Below, in pieces: positions 49,574 to 59,796 of a stretch of 64,000 bases of DNA. The stretch is from Candidatus Latescibacterota bacterium (GTDB lineage: Bacteria; Latescibacterota; UBA2968; GCA-2709665). Within the stretch, counting starts at the first letter, position 1. Every line of letters starts with the position of its first letter. The notes under the pieces are model-generated. The model was not told the DNA's origin. It worked only from the letters and a program-made list of their open reading frames with translations, and made no database searches. A program made the translations under genes and the position numbers. The DNA is taken from NCBI GenBank assembly GCA_965208835.1, contig OZ242358.1, positions 2,720,001 through 2,784,000 of the forward strand. Reading direction: 5' to 3'.

Positions 49574-50353
49574 TCAGCATGCGCACACGCCCTCGAAAAT
49601 CTCCTCTTCGGTCATGGTCAGAAGCGCCGGCTCGTCATCTGTAACCGCCACGACATGCTCGAAATGCGCCGACGGCAGCCCGTCTCTTGCGGACGCCGTC
49701 CATCCGTCGTCGGCGAGTATGACCTCCGGTCTTCCCAGATTCACCATGGGTTCAATCGCAATCACGATTCCCCGCCGCAGCCTCGGGTTCTTTTCCAGCG
49801 GCACATAGTTCGGCACGGCAGGATCTTCGTGCAAACTTCGTCCAATACCGTGCCCCACAAACTGGCGTACAACCGAAAAACCATGCGACTCCACCCACTG
49901 CTGGATTGAACCGCATACGTCCTCCAGCCGGCGGCCCTCCTGCGCCCCCTCGATGCCTTTAAACAGGGACTCACGTGTGACTGTAATCAGCTTCCGAATC
50001 TCGGGAGTCACCTCGCCTATGGCATATGAGATCGCCTGGTCTCCGAAGTATCCCCTTAACCTTGCGCCAATATCGATACTGACGAGGTCGCCTGCCCGAA
50101 GTTCCCGGTCTCCGGGGATTCCATGCACGACCTGATCGTTTATTGAAATACAGGTAGCCGCGGGGTATCCCTGGTATCCCTTGAAGGCCGGCGTGGCGCC
50201 GTGGTCGCGGATCAGTTCCTCCGCGACCCCGTCCAGTCTGGTGGTGGGAATGCCGGGCCGGACCCACTCACGAAGGGCACGATGTGCAAGCCCGACGACA
50301 CGACAGGCGTCCCGGATTCTCTCCAGTTCCCGTTCAGTACGAAGCGCAATCAA
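49574..50353 (-). CDS. map: Type I methionine aminopeptidase
   Basis: VVHGIP, SIDIG, GHGIG..LHEDP, AIEPM, SAHFEH. Confidence 0.96.
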   Translation of the reverse strand: MIALRTERELERIRDACRVVGLAHRALREWVRPGIPTTRLDGVAEELIRDHGATPAFKGYQGYPAATCISINDQVVHGIPGDRELRAGDLVSIDIGARLRGYFGDQAISYAIGEVTPEIRKLITVTRESLFKGIEGAQEGRRLEDVCGSIQQWVESHGFSVVRQFVGHGIGRSLHEDPAVPNYVPLEKNPRLRRGIVIAIEPMVNLGRPEVILADDGWTASARDGLPSAHFEHVVAVTDDEPALLTMTEEEIFEGVCAC

Positions 50354-50474
50354 TCAGTCACCTGTATCCGAAGTGGAGGTTGGCAGTGGATCGCGGGATG
50401 TAAGTTAACAAAAAGGCGTATAAAAACAAGCATTAAAGGTCTATATTATGGTTGGAACATACCATGCGAAACGA

Positions 50475-52919
50475 TCACGGGAGGCCGAAATAGATCGCAA
50501 AAATCAGGAAATCCTGGAAGTCGACAAGACCCGAACCGTCGAGGTCATATATTGGACTCTCCGTGCCGAATGCGCCGGCGAAGGCGATGAAATCGGCGAA
50601 ATTGACGGCACCGTCGTTGTTGAAATCCCCCTTCAGGGTCTTGCCGACCCTCCAATTCAGCTCAATGGATTTCTGCCCTGCAGATACCACGACCGTGACC
50701 AGGTCATCCGCTTCCGTGGCGGTAATCGCGACGAGCAAAGACGGCCCCGCCTCATCTACTGAAACACCGTTAACGGACCATGCAAAACTCAAGTCATCCC
50801 CGTCCGGATCCTGAGCCTTGACCGAAAAACGAATGGTTTCTCCCGAGACGCCAAACACGACACTTCGAGCCGGGTTGGTCTCCCGAATCTCAGGCGGGCG
50901 GTCGACATTCATCACCCGGATATTCACCCCGATGCGCACCTGATTTACACCGTCGCTGACCAGGAGTTGAATCTCGTAAGTCCGGTCGCCCTGATCGAAG
51001 CGGGGTGTCCAGGTCAGGCGATTCTCAACAAGGATCGCCCCGGCCGGAAGGCTTGCGGCGGAAAAGGCAAGCTCGTCGCCATCCTCGTCTTCCGCATCGA
51101 TGATAATCGCCAGAGGCTGGCCCTCCCCGATGGTGGTATCGGAAATCGCCGTCACCACCGGCGGCAGGTTCCCCGTTGGGGTCTGACCGAAGACTGCCCA
51201 GGCAACCGAGGGTGTCGTGCCTGCAGCCGTGGCGGATACCTGCACGACAGTCGTGCCGCGTCCAACCGCCACGATTTCGATTGAATCCGTCTCCGTGGTA
51301 ATTAATGAAAGGTCCGCGTGTCCGGGCACGTCGATCGCCCTGTTGCCACTGGCGCGGACAACGGTCCACGTGACCGGATTGCCTCCGGATCCCCCCGCGC
51401 GAACGGTCGCACGGTCTGAATGCACGCCAAGACGTACGACGGGAACCCTGCTGTCGCCAACCGACAACGTTAGAGGATTGGTTTCGCCGTCAACCGACTC
51501 GACAGCGGCGATCGTATATTCGTAATCGAAATCCTGCCCTTCCAGTGCGTCTGATATGGGCAAAAACACGATATTGTCGTATTGTCCCACGTTCGGGATC
51601 TCCAACCGGGAACGGCTCGGCCGCAGCAGACCGACCCCGTCGCTATCAATCAGCATAGCCCAGAACTGCCAGCTTCCCTCGCCGGCCAGGCTGAAGTCTG
51701 CTTTCATGCCGCCACGCAGCCCTTTCGTCACCACCTGAATATAATCGGCTGCCAGATGGTCCACCGTTCCTGAGCCGGATACCTGGCCGCCGGATGACGT
51801 TGATACCGTTCTGACCGACGCCGCCGGTTGATAAAACATGCCCTCTTCGTAAAACCCGTCTCGTGAGCGCGTTCCCGTGAAATAATTCCAGGTTACATAG
51901 CCTGGCAATGTCCCTGAAAAACCACCGGTGGGCACTGCCGAATTCAGCTTTCCCACATCGTACGACGACGTGTTGCGCTCGCCCAGTCCCTCCCACGTTT
52001 CCCTGATGGATTGTCTTCCAAAGACCTGGTCCAGGTAATGGACGTAGATGCAGGCCCCATACTGATGTCCGTCCTGCAGGCTGGGCTGCGAGTCCAGGGA
52101 GACGGTGGGTGAATCCAGAACGAACCGTGTGTACTGGAAATAGTCGTTCACATCGTCGTAAGCCACGTCTTCCATCCAGGTCGCGGTGGCTTCGTGCCAC
52201 CACGTCAAGTCTCGTGCATTGTATGCGAATTGTATCGCATGGAAGAACTCGTGCGCGACGGTCACGTGCAGACCGTCCAGCCCCCGGGTCGCGTAAATCC
52301 TGTCCGTGTAGTCGTTGTCGACCGTCAAGTAGGCGGACGTGACCGGAACACGGAGACTGTTGGGAAAGGTCTGACCGTACACGCCGGACGTGCCCAGTTG
52401 CTGTATGTAAACATCGAACAGGCCGTCGCCGTCATCCAGCGGAGCCCGGTACCCCAGATTTCGGACCTGAAGCGCCCACACGGCGTCGAACGTAGCAGCG
52501 ACTTCCTCGACGTAGTCAGGCACCCGGTTCCGGTTGGCGTCCGCTTGTGAAACGGCATGCCGCCCTCTCGTGTCGTAGTGGACGCGGAAGTGTCCACCCG
52601 GCGACACCAGGCTGTCCGTCATTGCGGGGCGCTGAAAAACGTGGGCGAACGCTTGATGTGTTTCGGCGCTCAGGCTGGCCCACCGGGTGGCCAGAGCCAT
52701 AATGACGGGTGTTCCGCAGACCGCGTGCTCGTGGAAATACGGACTGTCCGCCGGTAAGAGATCCGGCCTGAAGACCGCAGCCGCCCGGTTGAAGAGTTCC
52801 GCCTCCGTTGCCCGCGGAACCGGAGACAGATCGGGCGGCGCCCCGGCGCTTGCCTGGACGCCGCCCGTAAGAAGTGAGACTACAAAGATACGAGTTGACC
52901 AGTTCATCAGATTATTCAA
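50475..52919 (-). CDS. Secreted zinc metalloprotease (MXAN_6640-like) with Ig/cadherin-like domains and dockerin-like tail
   Basis: Signal peptide, CGT pro-motif, HEFFH..WWHEATATWME, C-terminal GDFNNDGAVNFADF...DLDGSGLVDFQDF. Confidence 0.8.
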   Translation of the reverse strand: MNNLMNWSTRIFVVSLLTGGVQASAGAPPDLSPVPRATEAELFNRAAAVFRPDLLPADSPYFHEHAVCGTPVIMALATRWASLSAETHQAFAHVFQRPAMTDSLVSPGGHFRVHYDTRGRHAVSQADANRNRVPDYVEEVAATFDAVWALQVRNLGYRAPLDDGDGLFDVYIQQLGTSGVYGQTFPNSLRVPVTSAYLTVDNDYTDRIYATRGLDGLHVTVAHEFFHAIQFAYNARDLTWWHEATATWMEDVAYDDVNDYFQYTRFVLDSPTVSLDSQPSLQDGHQYGACIYVHYLDQVFGRQSIRETWEGLGERNTSSYDVGKLNSAVPTGGFSGTLPGYVTWNYFTGTRSRDGFYEEGMFYQPAASVRTVSTSSGGQVSGSGTVDHLAADYIQVVTKGLRGGMKADFSLAGEGSWQFWAMLIDSDGVGLLRPSRSRLEIPNVGQYDNIVFLPISDALEGQDFDYEYTIAAVESVDGETNPLTLSVGDSRVPVVRLGVHSDRATVRAGGSGGNPVTWTVVRASGNRAIDVPGHADLSLITTETDSIEIVAVGRGTTVVQVSATAAGTTPSVAWAVFGQTPTGNLPPVVTAISDTTIGEGQPLAIIIDAEDEDGDELAFSAASLPAGAILVENRLTWTPRFDQGDRTYEIQLLVSDGVNQVRIGVNIRVMNVDRPPEIRETNPARSVVFGVSGETIRFSVKAQDPDGDDLSFAWSVNGVSVDEAGPSLLVAITATEADDLVTVVVSAGQKSIELNWRVGKTLKGDFNNDGAVNFADFIAFAGAFGTESPIYDLDGSGLVDFQDFLIFAIYFGLP

Positions 52920-52979
52920 CCTGTACCTGACCTGACACCCACTCGGGACTGCACGGCAGGCGCGTCACCGTTTCTGTAT

Positions 52980-53657
52980 TCACGTACCTGGTTCCGTGAC
53001 GGTCACGTAGATGCTGTCCGACACGTTGACTCCCACCACATGCTGGATGTTTCCATCCAGTTCAATGGTCATCGGGCCATTGAAGGGCGCCTTCTCCTGA
53101 ACAAACAGCGTCACGCCCGGCCGCAATCCCAGCGCGCCCAGATACCTGAGCATCTCGGGACTCTGGTCGTTCACCTGCGCAATCACGACTGCTTCCCCGG
53201 CTTTCACCTGGGTCAGAGGGACACAATCCGTATTTTCTATATTTCCGTCTTTTGTCGGTATGGGCGCACCGTGCGGGTCGGTCGTGGGATGACCCAGTAC
53301 CCGGTCAATCTTGTCCTCGAATTCCTCCGAAATCACGTGCTCAAGTCTGTCGGCCTCGGCGTCGACTTCATCCCAGTCGTAGCCCAATGCGTCCGCGAGG
53401 TACAGTTCGAGCAATCGGTGATGCCTCAAGACTTCCAGGGCAACCGCTTCTCCCGCCGGCGTGAGTTCGACACCCTGATAGGGTGTGTGACGAACGAGAT
53501 TCATCTCGGCCAGCTTCTTGATCATATTTGTCGCGGAAGCGGCTGCCACCTCCATCCGCTCCGCAACCATCGAAGTATTCACAGTAGCCCGGGGTTCATG
53601 CCCATGCTGCAGCTTGTAGATGGACTTCAGATAGTCCTGTGCGGCCTGGCTAAGCAT
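52980..53657 (-). CDS. DtxR/MntR-family metal-dependent regulator with FeoA domain
   Basis: DYLKSIY, RHHRLLELYL, EADRLEH, DPHGAPIP. Confidence 0.93.
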   Translation of the reverse strand: MLSQAAQDYLKSIYKLQHGHEPRATVNTSMVAERMEVAAASATNMIKKLAEMNLVRHTPYQGVELTPAGEAVALEVLRHHRLLELYLADALGYDWDEVDAEADRLEHVISEEFEDKIDRVLGHPTTDPHGAPIPTKDGNIENTDCVPLTQVKAGEAVVIAQVNDQSPEMLRYLGALGLRPGVTLFVQEKAPFNGPMTIELDGNIQHVVGVNVSDSIYVTVTEPGT

Positions 53658-53768
53658 GTGTTTCCTTTCGCTGGCAATCCTGCGCGGATACCTGGAATTG
53701 GGTGGTCAGACCTGCAACGACAGCAGGCAAACGCGTTCCACGAAAACCTGCCGAGACATGAAACCACC

Positions 53769-55205
53769 TCATCCGGACAACAACCGCCAGATCTGCGCCA
53801 CGAGAAAGCAAAGCAGGAAACCCATTCCCACGGGAAGCAACGACGAGATGGACGTCCATTTGGCGCTTCTTGTTTCCTTCCAGATCGTATATATCGTGGT
53901 GGAACACGGGTTGTGTACCAGACTGAACAACATCAGATTGACGGCCGTAAGCAGAGTCCATCCGCCGGAAGCGAAAATCTGCGCGACCGCGGCGTCAGAG
54001 TCCAGTTCGAACATGACTCCTGCGCCTTCACCCAGCCCGGTCAATCGTGCGCTCAATACCGTCAACATCAGAATGGTGGGAATCACGATTTCATTCGCCG
54101 GAATTGCGATTACGTAGGCCAGCAGGATGACGCCGTTCAAACCGATAAGCAGGCCGAACGGCTGGCTCCAGTTGATAAAGTGTTCAGCGAGGCTGACTTG
54201 GCCAACAAGGATATTGGAGCTTAGCCATATCACCGCACCGGCGGGAACGGCAAAGATCACCGCACGCCACAGCACAATCAGCGTTCTGTCAATGATAGAG
54301 GTATAGACGGTCTGCAATACACGAGGCGGCCGATACGGCGGGAGTTCCAGGCTGAAGGCGGATGCTTCTCCACGAAGAACCGACCTGGAAAGGCCCCACG
54401 AAACAACAAATGAGAGCAGAATGCCAATTACGGCGACAGCCACGACGGCACCGGCCGAAACCAAGCCGGCGAAATGGGCAGGCGCCAGTCCTCCGATGAA
54501 GATCGTAGCCACCAGTATCTGCGTTGGCCACCGTCCATTGCAGAGAGAAAAGTTGTTGGTAATGATGGCAATGAGCCGTTCTCTAGGACTGTCGATAACC
54601 CGTGTGGACACGATTGCAGCGGCATTGCAGCCGAATCCCATACTCATCGTGAGTGCCTGTTTCCCGTGTGCGCCCGCCTTCTTGAACCATTTGTCCAGAT
54701 TAAACGCTACCCTGGGAAGATAGCCGAAGTCTTCCAGAAGCGTAAACAACGGAAAGAAAATCGCCATGGGAGGCAACATGACGCTCACCACCCACGCCAT
54801 TGCCAGGTAAACGCCGTCCACCAACAAACCGTCGAGCCACCAGGGCATTCCAATTGCCGCGGCCGTAGATTTCAACATTGGATGAATGGAGTCGATCAGC
54901 AGGCCCGCCAGCATCGCGGAGGGCACGTTCGCGCCCTCGATAGTCAGCCAGAATACCAGTGTCAGCAGGGCCAACATGATGGGGAAACCCAGCCAGCGGC
55001 TCGTGACCAGCCTGTCGATCGTCCGGTCCAGATCGAACCGGGCGGCTTCCCCGGTTCGGGTGACGGCACGATCTGCGATTTGAGCCGCGTTTGCATAGAG
55101 CGTTTCCATTAATGAATCGTGAAAATTAGACCCCACTTCCCATCGGAGCTCTGCCGCCAGACGAATCAGTTCCTCGGGGCGCTGATTTGCAGTCGAGTCG
55201 TTCAC
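53769..55205 (-). CDS. feoB: FeoB membrane (gate) domain, C-terminal half of split FeoB
   Basis: [33 protein letters not shown]; GTG start with GGAGG RBS overlapping the upstream stop. Confidence 0.88.
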   Translation of the reverse strand: MNDSTANQRPEELIRLAAELRWEVGSNFHDSLMETLYANAAQIADRAVTRTGEAARFDLDRTIDRLVTSRWLGFPIMLALLTLVFWLTIEGANVPSAMLAGLLIDSIHPMLKSTAAAIGMPWWLDGLLVDGVYLAMAWVVSVMLPPMAIFFPLFTLLEDFGYLPRVAFNLDKWFKKAGAHGKQALTMSMGFGCNAAAIVSTRVIDSPRERLIAIITNNFSLCNGRWPTQILVATIFIGGLAPAHFAGLVSAGAVVAVAVIGILLSFVVSWGLSRSVLRGEASAFSLELPPYRPPRVLQTVYTSIIDRTLIVLWRAVIFAVPAGAVIWLSSNILVGQVSLAEHFINWSQPFGLLIGLNGVILLAYVIAIPANEIVIPTILMLTVLSARLTGLGEGAGVMFELDSDAAVAQIFASGGWTLLTAVNLMLFSLVHNPCSTTIYTIWKETRSAKWTSISSLLPVGMGFLLCFLVAQIWRLLSG

Positions 55206-56011
55206 GCCAAAACCTCCTCTTCCCGCCTCGGGGTGCGGTTCAGGTCTCCGAGTTCTCCCGAGCTCACCGCTTCCATGATTCGCGTGTCCCCTTCGAGCAG
55301 TCGAAGCGCCACCCAGCGGGAATTCGGCACATTGGGAAACGCTTCCTCCAACTGAGCCGTGAGTCTGCCGACGGCCTTCCTTAATGCCGGCGGCTCGTTT
55401 TGTATGCGCTGCGGCCTGCAAACCGTCCGCCCGGTCGCCACGTCACTCAATACCCGCGTCAACTCAGGCATGCCCTCCCCGCGGCGCGCCGCGGCCGGCA
55501 CGACCGGAACGCCCAGATCCCGTGCCAGTCGTCGTTCGTCCACGCACAGTCCTTGCCGTTTTGCTTCGTCCATCAGGTTCAGACACACCACTGCACGGTC
55601 GGTAATCTCCAGTACCTGAAGGACGAGGTTCAGATTCCGCTCCAGCCGAGCCGCATCCACGACAACCACTGTGACGTCCGGCCGTCCGAACAGGATAAAA
55701 TCCCGTGCCACCTCTTCGTCGAGACTGGTGGACAGGAGAGAATAGGTTCCCGGAAGGTCCACAAGCTTATAACGGTGGCCGCCGTACGCGAAGCCGCCTT
55801 CGGCCCGCACAACAGTTTTGCCGGGCCAGTTTCCGGTATGCTGCCGCAAGCCCGTCAGGGCGTTAAATACCGTACTTTTCCCTGTATTCGGATTTCCTGC
55901 CAGCGCCACGACAAAATCCCAATTCGCCATATTTACGCCGAGTTTGGTCAGGTTGTCAGAATGATGCGCCGGGCAGGCTTCGCAACCATCGACCGTTGTC
56001 TGCATTTCCAT
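55202..56011 (-). CDS. feoB: FeoB GTPase domain, N-terminal half of split FeoB
   Basis: [29 protein letters not shown]; N-terminal CEACPAHH. Confidence 0.9.
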   Translation of the reverse strand: MEMQTTVDGCEACPAHHSDNLTKLGVNMANWDFVVALAGNPNTGKSTVFNALTGLRQHTGNWPGKTVVRAEGGFAYGGHRYKLVDLPGTYSLLSTSLDEEVARDFILFGRPDVTVVVVDAARLERNLNLVLQVLEITDRAVVCLNLMDEAKRQGLCVDERRLARDLGVPVVPAAARRGEGMPELTRVLSDVATGRTVCRPQRIQNEPPALRKAVGRLTAQLEEAFPNVPNSRWVALRLLEGDTRIMEAVSSGELGDLNRTPRREEEVLA

Positions 56012-56063
56012 ATTAAACACTCCATCCGATACCGAATGCACCAGAGTGGCCGGTGACGTTGGT

Positions 56064-57089
56064 TTATTCCACGAGCTGCACCCGAATTTGAACCTGACTT
56101 GCCTGCTCCTTTCGAAGCGCAATGGTTGTGCCACGGATCCGGTATGCGGTGGGATCCCCGGAAGGACTACGCAACTCCACCTTTATACGTGTACCCGGCA
56201 GGATGCCCAGGTCCATCAACCGACGCCGTTCCAGACCGCGGCAGGATCCTGACAGCCTTACGACGTGGCCGATTTCGCCCTGTTTGAGGCCGGACAGCAG
56301 TTCGTCCGACGCTTCGGCTTCCGCCCCGTCGGATATGGCTGCGACAGAAATATGGTCGGCCAGCAACGGCGCCAGCACATGTTCTTCTCCATCGGCCCAG
56401 AAACGTACGCGCTGAGGAAGGACCTCGATCAGCTCGATCCGCATTCCGACGTGCAGTCCTTCCGCTGCCAGTTGAGCGTAGACGGGCTCCGGCTCGTCTT
56501 CGATATGTACGATTACCGCCGAAACGCCAGCGGGGTGCTCGGTCAGGTGCGTACCGCGTTTGGGCGCGATGTCTCCGGTTCCAGTGGGAATCGGATCGCC
56601 GTGCGGGTCGTAAACGGGATATCCCATCTTCCGGTCCAGCCGTTCCACGTCCTCGGAAGACATATCGTGCTCGCGGCGTTCCGCCTCGCTGTGCCAATCC
56701 GCGGCCGCGACCCCGGTCTCCTCAGCCAGATAGTGCTCCCAGAGGCGATGTACCCGAAGGATGCGAAGCGCATAATCCCGACCATGCGTCGTCAGTCTGA
56801 CGCTGCCGCCGTCAGAAACTGTCAGTCCGCGGACCCCCGCGCGTACCAGCAAGTCTGACGCGCGAGCAGGCTGTATCCCCAGCGAGCCGGATAGGCTTTC
56901 GACCGTCGCGATCTGCTGCTGATATTCGCAATTATAAATGTGCTTGAGAAGATCTTCCGTCAGAACGCGCTCGGTCAGCCGACGGGCCTGCCGCCAGCGC
57001 CAGAAATAACCCGAGCCCGGCTGGAAAAGAAACCATGTGCAACCCAGAATGGCGGCTGCACCCATAAGCGCTGTGAGGGGTTCAATCAT
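56064..57089 (-). CDS. DtxR-family regulator with N-terminal TM helix and two FeoA domains
   Basis: Hydrophobic N-terminus; [31 protein letters not shown]; [11 protein letters not shown]...SPSGDP. Confidence 0.85.
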   Translation of the reverse strand: MIEPLTALMGAAAILGCTWFLFQPGSGYFWRWRQARRLTERVLTEDLLKHIYNCEYQQQIATVESLSGSLGIQPARASDLLVRAGVRGLTVSDGGSVRLTTHGRDYALRILRVHRLWEHYLAEETGVAAADWHSEAERREHDMSSEDVERLDRKMGYPVYDPHGDPIPTGTGDIAPKRGTHLTEHPAGVSAVIVHIEDEPEPVYAQLAAEGLHVGMRIELIEVLPQRVRFWADGEEHVLAPLLADHISVAAISDGAEAEASDELLSGLKQGEIGHVVRLSGSCRGLERRRLMDLGILPGTRIKVELRSPSGDPTAYRIRGTTIALRKEQASQVQIRVQLVE

Positions 57090-57113
57090 CTGATTTTCCA
57101 AAGATAAAAAATT

Positions 57114-57157
57114 ATTTAGCCGTAACTAAATTTAAGATCTCATGCCGGAATTGTCAA
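57114..57157 (-). promoter_or_regulatory. Promoter and DtxR/MntR-type operator of Feo locus 1
   Basis: Minus strand TTGACA-17 nt-TAAATT, overlapping palindrome ATTTAG-CCGTAA-CTAAAT (57114-57131). Confidence 0.72.
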
Positions 57158-57441
57158 GCAGAATCGGCTCTGGAAGAGCCGGACGAATCGGAATATCGCA
57201 CCATTTTGACGAATCTTAGCGAGAAGAATGACGTTGCGAAACCGGGGAAATAGGTTGATATTTCGTCAGATTCGCCGGATTGCGGTGTCATCGCACCGCC
57301 AGTTGCAGTTCATTGCCTTGGAGGCTACGCTGGAACAATGCTTGCGTTAGTTGTGTAGCGGCGCAAACGCGATTTTCAGCCTGTGCCCGGCGCGGAAACC
57401 ATCACGCGGCGATAAATCCCAAATCTCGAAAGGTCACGCCC

Positions 57442-58548
57442 ATGGATCGAGTCAAGTCAGGCATCTTCATCATGCCGTTCCACCCGCCAGGAAAATCGCT
57501 CAGCCAGTGCCACGAAGAAGACATGGAGCTTGTCATCCGCGCCGACGAACTGGGTATCGACGAATTCTGGATCGGCGAGCATCACACCATGGTATACGAG
57601 AACATCGCGATGCCCGAGATATTTATCGGGGCGGCGCTGCGGGAAACCGGCGATATTCGGCTGGGGCCCGCGCCGGTCTGCCTCCAACAACACCACCCTG
57701 CGCTTGTCGCAAGCCGGTTGTCATTTCTGGATCACCTGTCCCGGGGGCGGCTCAATCTCTGTTTCGGGCCCGGGAGCGTTCCGACCGACCTGGAGATCTT
57801 CGGTGTCGACCCGCAGAACAGCGCAGCGATGGTCGCCGAATCAGTGGATATGATTCTGACGCTCTGGCTGACTGACCCGCCCTATGACATCGATGGCCGG
57901 TTCTGGAAGATCCGGATGGAACGCACAATCGATCCGGAGGTTGGCCTCGGCGTTATTCACAAGCCATTTCAACGACCCCATCCGCCTATTTCGATGCCGA
58001 TCAGTTCGATAAACTCCGAAACGGCCCGGCAGGCGGGGAGGCGCGGCTTCCAGCCGTTCGGACACAGCCTGATTCCGTCGAACACGCTGGCGAACATATG
58101 GACGACATACGAGCGGGCTGCCGCGGAGGCGGGGCGCCGGCCCAACCGGGCGGACTACAAGATCGCCAGGGCAATCTTCCTGGCCGACACCACTGAAGAA
58201 GCCGTGAGGCGCGCGAGATCCAACACGGTCGCGGCGAACTTCGAATACATCGGCACGCTGCTCAAACGTGGCGGCCGCGGTATGGGCATGTTCAAACGCG
58301 ATTCGGATATGCACGATGCGGACTGCAATCTGGATTACCTGATGGGCGAGCAGATCATCTCCGGGAACGTCGACGTGGTACTCGATCGTCTCGAAGCCTT
58401 GCGTGCGGAAGTCGGAGACTTCGGCACGCTCGTAATGATGTCCTACGACTGGGACCACAAAGAAAGCTGGTTGCGCAGCCTGGAACTCTTCGCGACAGAA
58501 TTGATGCCGGCACTGAACCGCGCGGTGACGTCGGAACCGGTGGTTTGA
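57442..58548 (+). CDS. LLM-class flavin-dependent oxidoreductase
   Basis: GIFIMPFHPP, EFWIGEHH, LDHLSRGRL, SLELFATELMP. Confidence 0.9.
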   Translation: MDRVKSGIFIMPFHPPGKSLSQCHEEDMELVIRADELGIDEFWIGEHHTMVYENIAMPEIFIGAALRETGDIRLGPAPVCLQQHHPALVASRLSFLDHLSRGRLNLCFGPGSVPTDLEIFGVDPQNSAAMVAESVDMILTLWLTDPPYDIDGRFWKIRMERTIDPEVGLGVIHKPFQRPHPPISMPISSINSETARQAGRRGFQPFGHSLIPSNTLANIWTTYERAAAEAGRRPNRADYKIARAIFLADTTEEAVRRARSNTVAANFEYIGTLLKRGGRGMGMFKRDSDMHDADCNLDYLMGEQIISGNVDVVLDRLEALRAEVGDFGTLVMMSYDWDHKESWLRSLELFATELMPALNRAVTSEPVV

Positions 58549-58649
58549 ACTTCCGCAGCGTACGACTGAGAGAAGAGTCGCCGGCGCTCACGCTCAGATA
58601 GAGCGGCGCAACCTGACGCCCGCCCCGTCCGGTCCGGCTGTCCGACACC

Positions 58650-58688
58650 AAAAAAAGGGCGACGCCCAAAACGGCGTCCCCCTTTTTT
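58650..58688. terminator. Bidirectional terminator
   Basis: A7-GGGCGACGCC-CAAAAC-GGCGTCCCCC-T6 between convergent genes. Confidence 0.75.
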
Positions 58689-58718
58689 ATCACAAAATTC
58701 AGGCTTAAAGCAGACTAC

Positions 58719-59285
58719 TCACTCCATCTTCTTGGCCGACTTAACGGGATATTCCTTTTCAAAACGCTCCCTGTATTTTTCTTCCCACCCGTCGATGGAC
58801 TCGCGTAGTGACGCCACCATCTGCGGCTCGATCTGCAGCAACTCCTGCATCTTCAGGGGAAACCGCTGACCGTCCGGATAGAAACTGCCATCCAAAACCA
58901 ATTCCTGAAGAAACGGATAACCCGCCACCAATTCACCCGGGGTCGGCTTCAGCGGCGTGACGCGGGTGTGGACCTTCAAGCCCATAAAAGTCAGGTGGCT
59001 GAACCCCATCCTGAACCGGACGTGAGCGCCAACCTTGTTGACTCGCACCTTATGGCCCGAATACAATTCGTCCAGGCGCGCTGCAAGCAGCATCCATCCC
59101 TGCTGGAATTCGTTCAGCGGCATGGCTTTTTCGCCGGAAAACGCCGCTTCCCGATCTTTGGCAAGCTGCTTGGCCATGGCGAGGGTTTTGTCATCCAGCT
59201 TTTTTGCTTTGGCATCGACCGAAGGCGCAGGGCACAGCGACAGACCAATGAAGATGCCGATCGAAGTCGTAAGAACACAACGCAC
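58719..59285 (-). CDS. Secreted hypothetical protein
   Basis: GGGGAG RBS, GTG start, signal peptide ending VDA; no recognised motif. Confidence 0.65.
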   Translation of the reverse strand: MRCVLTTSIGIFIGLSLCPAPSVDAKAKKLDDKTLAMAKQLAKDREAAFSGEKAMPLNEFQQGWMLLAARLDELYSGHKVRVNKVGAHVRFRMGFSHLTFMGLKVHTRVTPLKPTPGELVAGYPFLQELVLDGSFYPDGQRFPLKMQELLQIEPQMVASLRESIDGWEEKYRERFEKEYPVKSAKKME

Positions 59286-59502
59286 TATGGACTCCCCCTT
59301 TTTTGATGACGAGCGCACGATTCCCTTCCAGAAAAGGGCACACCAAGTCGTCCGGCAACACGTACACCGGACCTTGAACGGAAACGAGATTAAGGAATTT
59401 CAAACTTCTGCGCAAGCATTTTCTCGTACGCCGACAGAAAAAACCCGCTGTGCCGAAGCTTCGGGGTCAGCGGGTATCCGGTGCGATCAAACTGCGGTCG
59501 CG

Positions 59503-59682
59503 TCAGGACGGAGGCGGATCGTCGATGTCAAGGAGGGTCTGTTGTGAGGCGCTCCGGCGGCCTCCGCAACCGCCGGAGATACTGCCGCCGGCATCGGCCA
59601 GGAACGGACTGATGAACTTCCAGGCCGCCCAGAATCCACAGGCGACCGCAACACCCACAGCCACTGCACTCTGCCAATCCAT
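59503..59682 (-). CDS. Small FeoB-associated membrane protein (59 aa)
   Basis: Hand translation MDWQSAVAVGVAVACGFWAAWKFISPFLADAGGSISGGCGGRRSASQQTLLDIDDPPPS; single TM then GGCGG; follows feoB. Confidence 0.65.
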   Translation of the reverse strand: MDWQSAVAVGVAVACGFWAAWKFISPFLADAGGSISGGCGGRRSASQQTLLDIDDPPPS

Positions 59683-59686
59683 CTCA

Positions 59687-59796
59687 GTGTCCTATCCCAA
59701 AAATACCTGACCATTCGGCTGCCGATTCATCCCGTCTCGCTGCGTTGCCCTCGCTCGACGGCCGAATTCAGGCAACCTATTTCCGGGACAGAACAC
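59687..59796. mobile_element. Miniature inverted-repeat element (family B)
   Basis: Imperfect TIRs GTGTCCTATCCCAAAAATA and GTGTTCTGTCCCGGAAATA, flanked by TCA and TAA. Confidence 0.6.

Noticed and set aside
53769-56011. feoB frameshift pseudogene
   Set aside because: The second half has its own RBS and a coupled GTGA start, and both halves keep intact motifs
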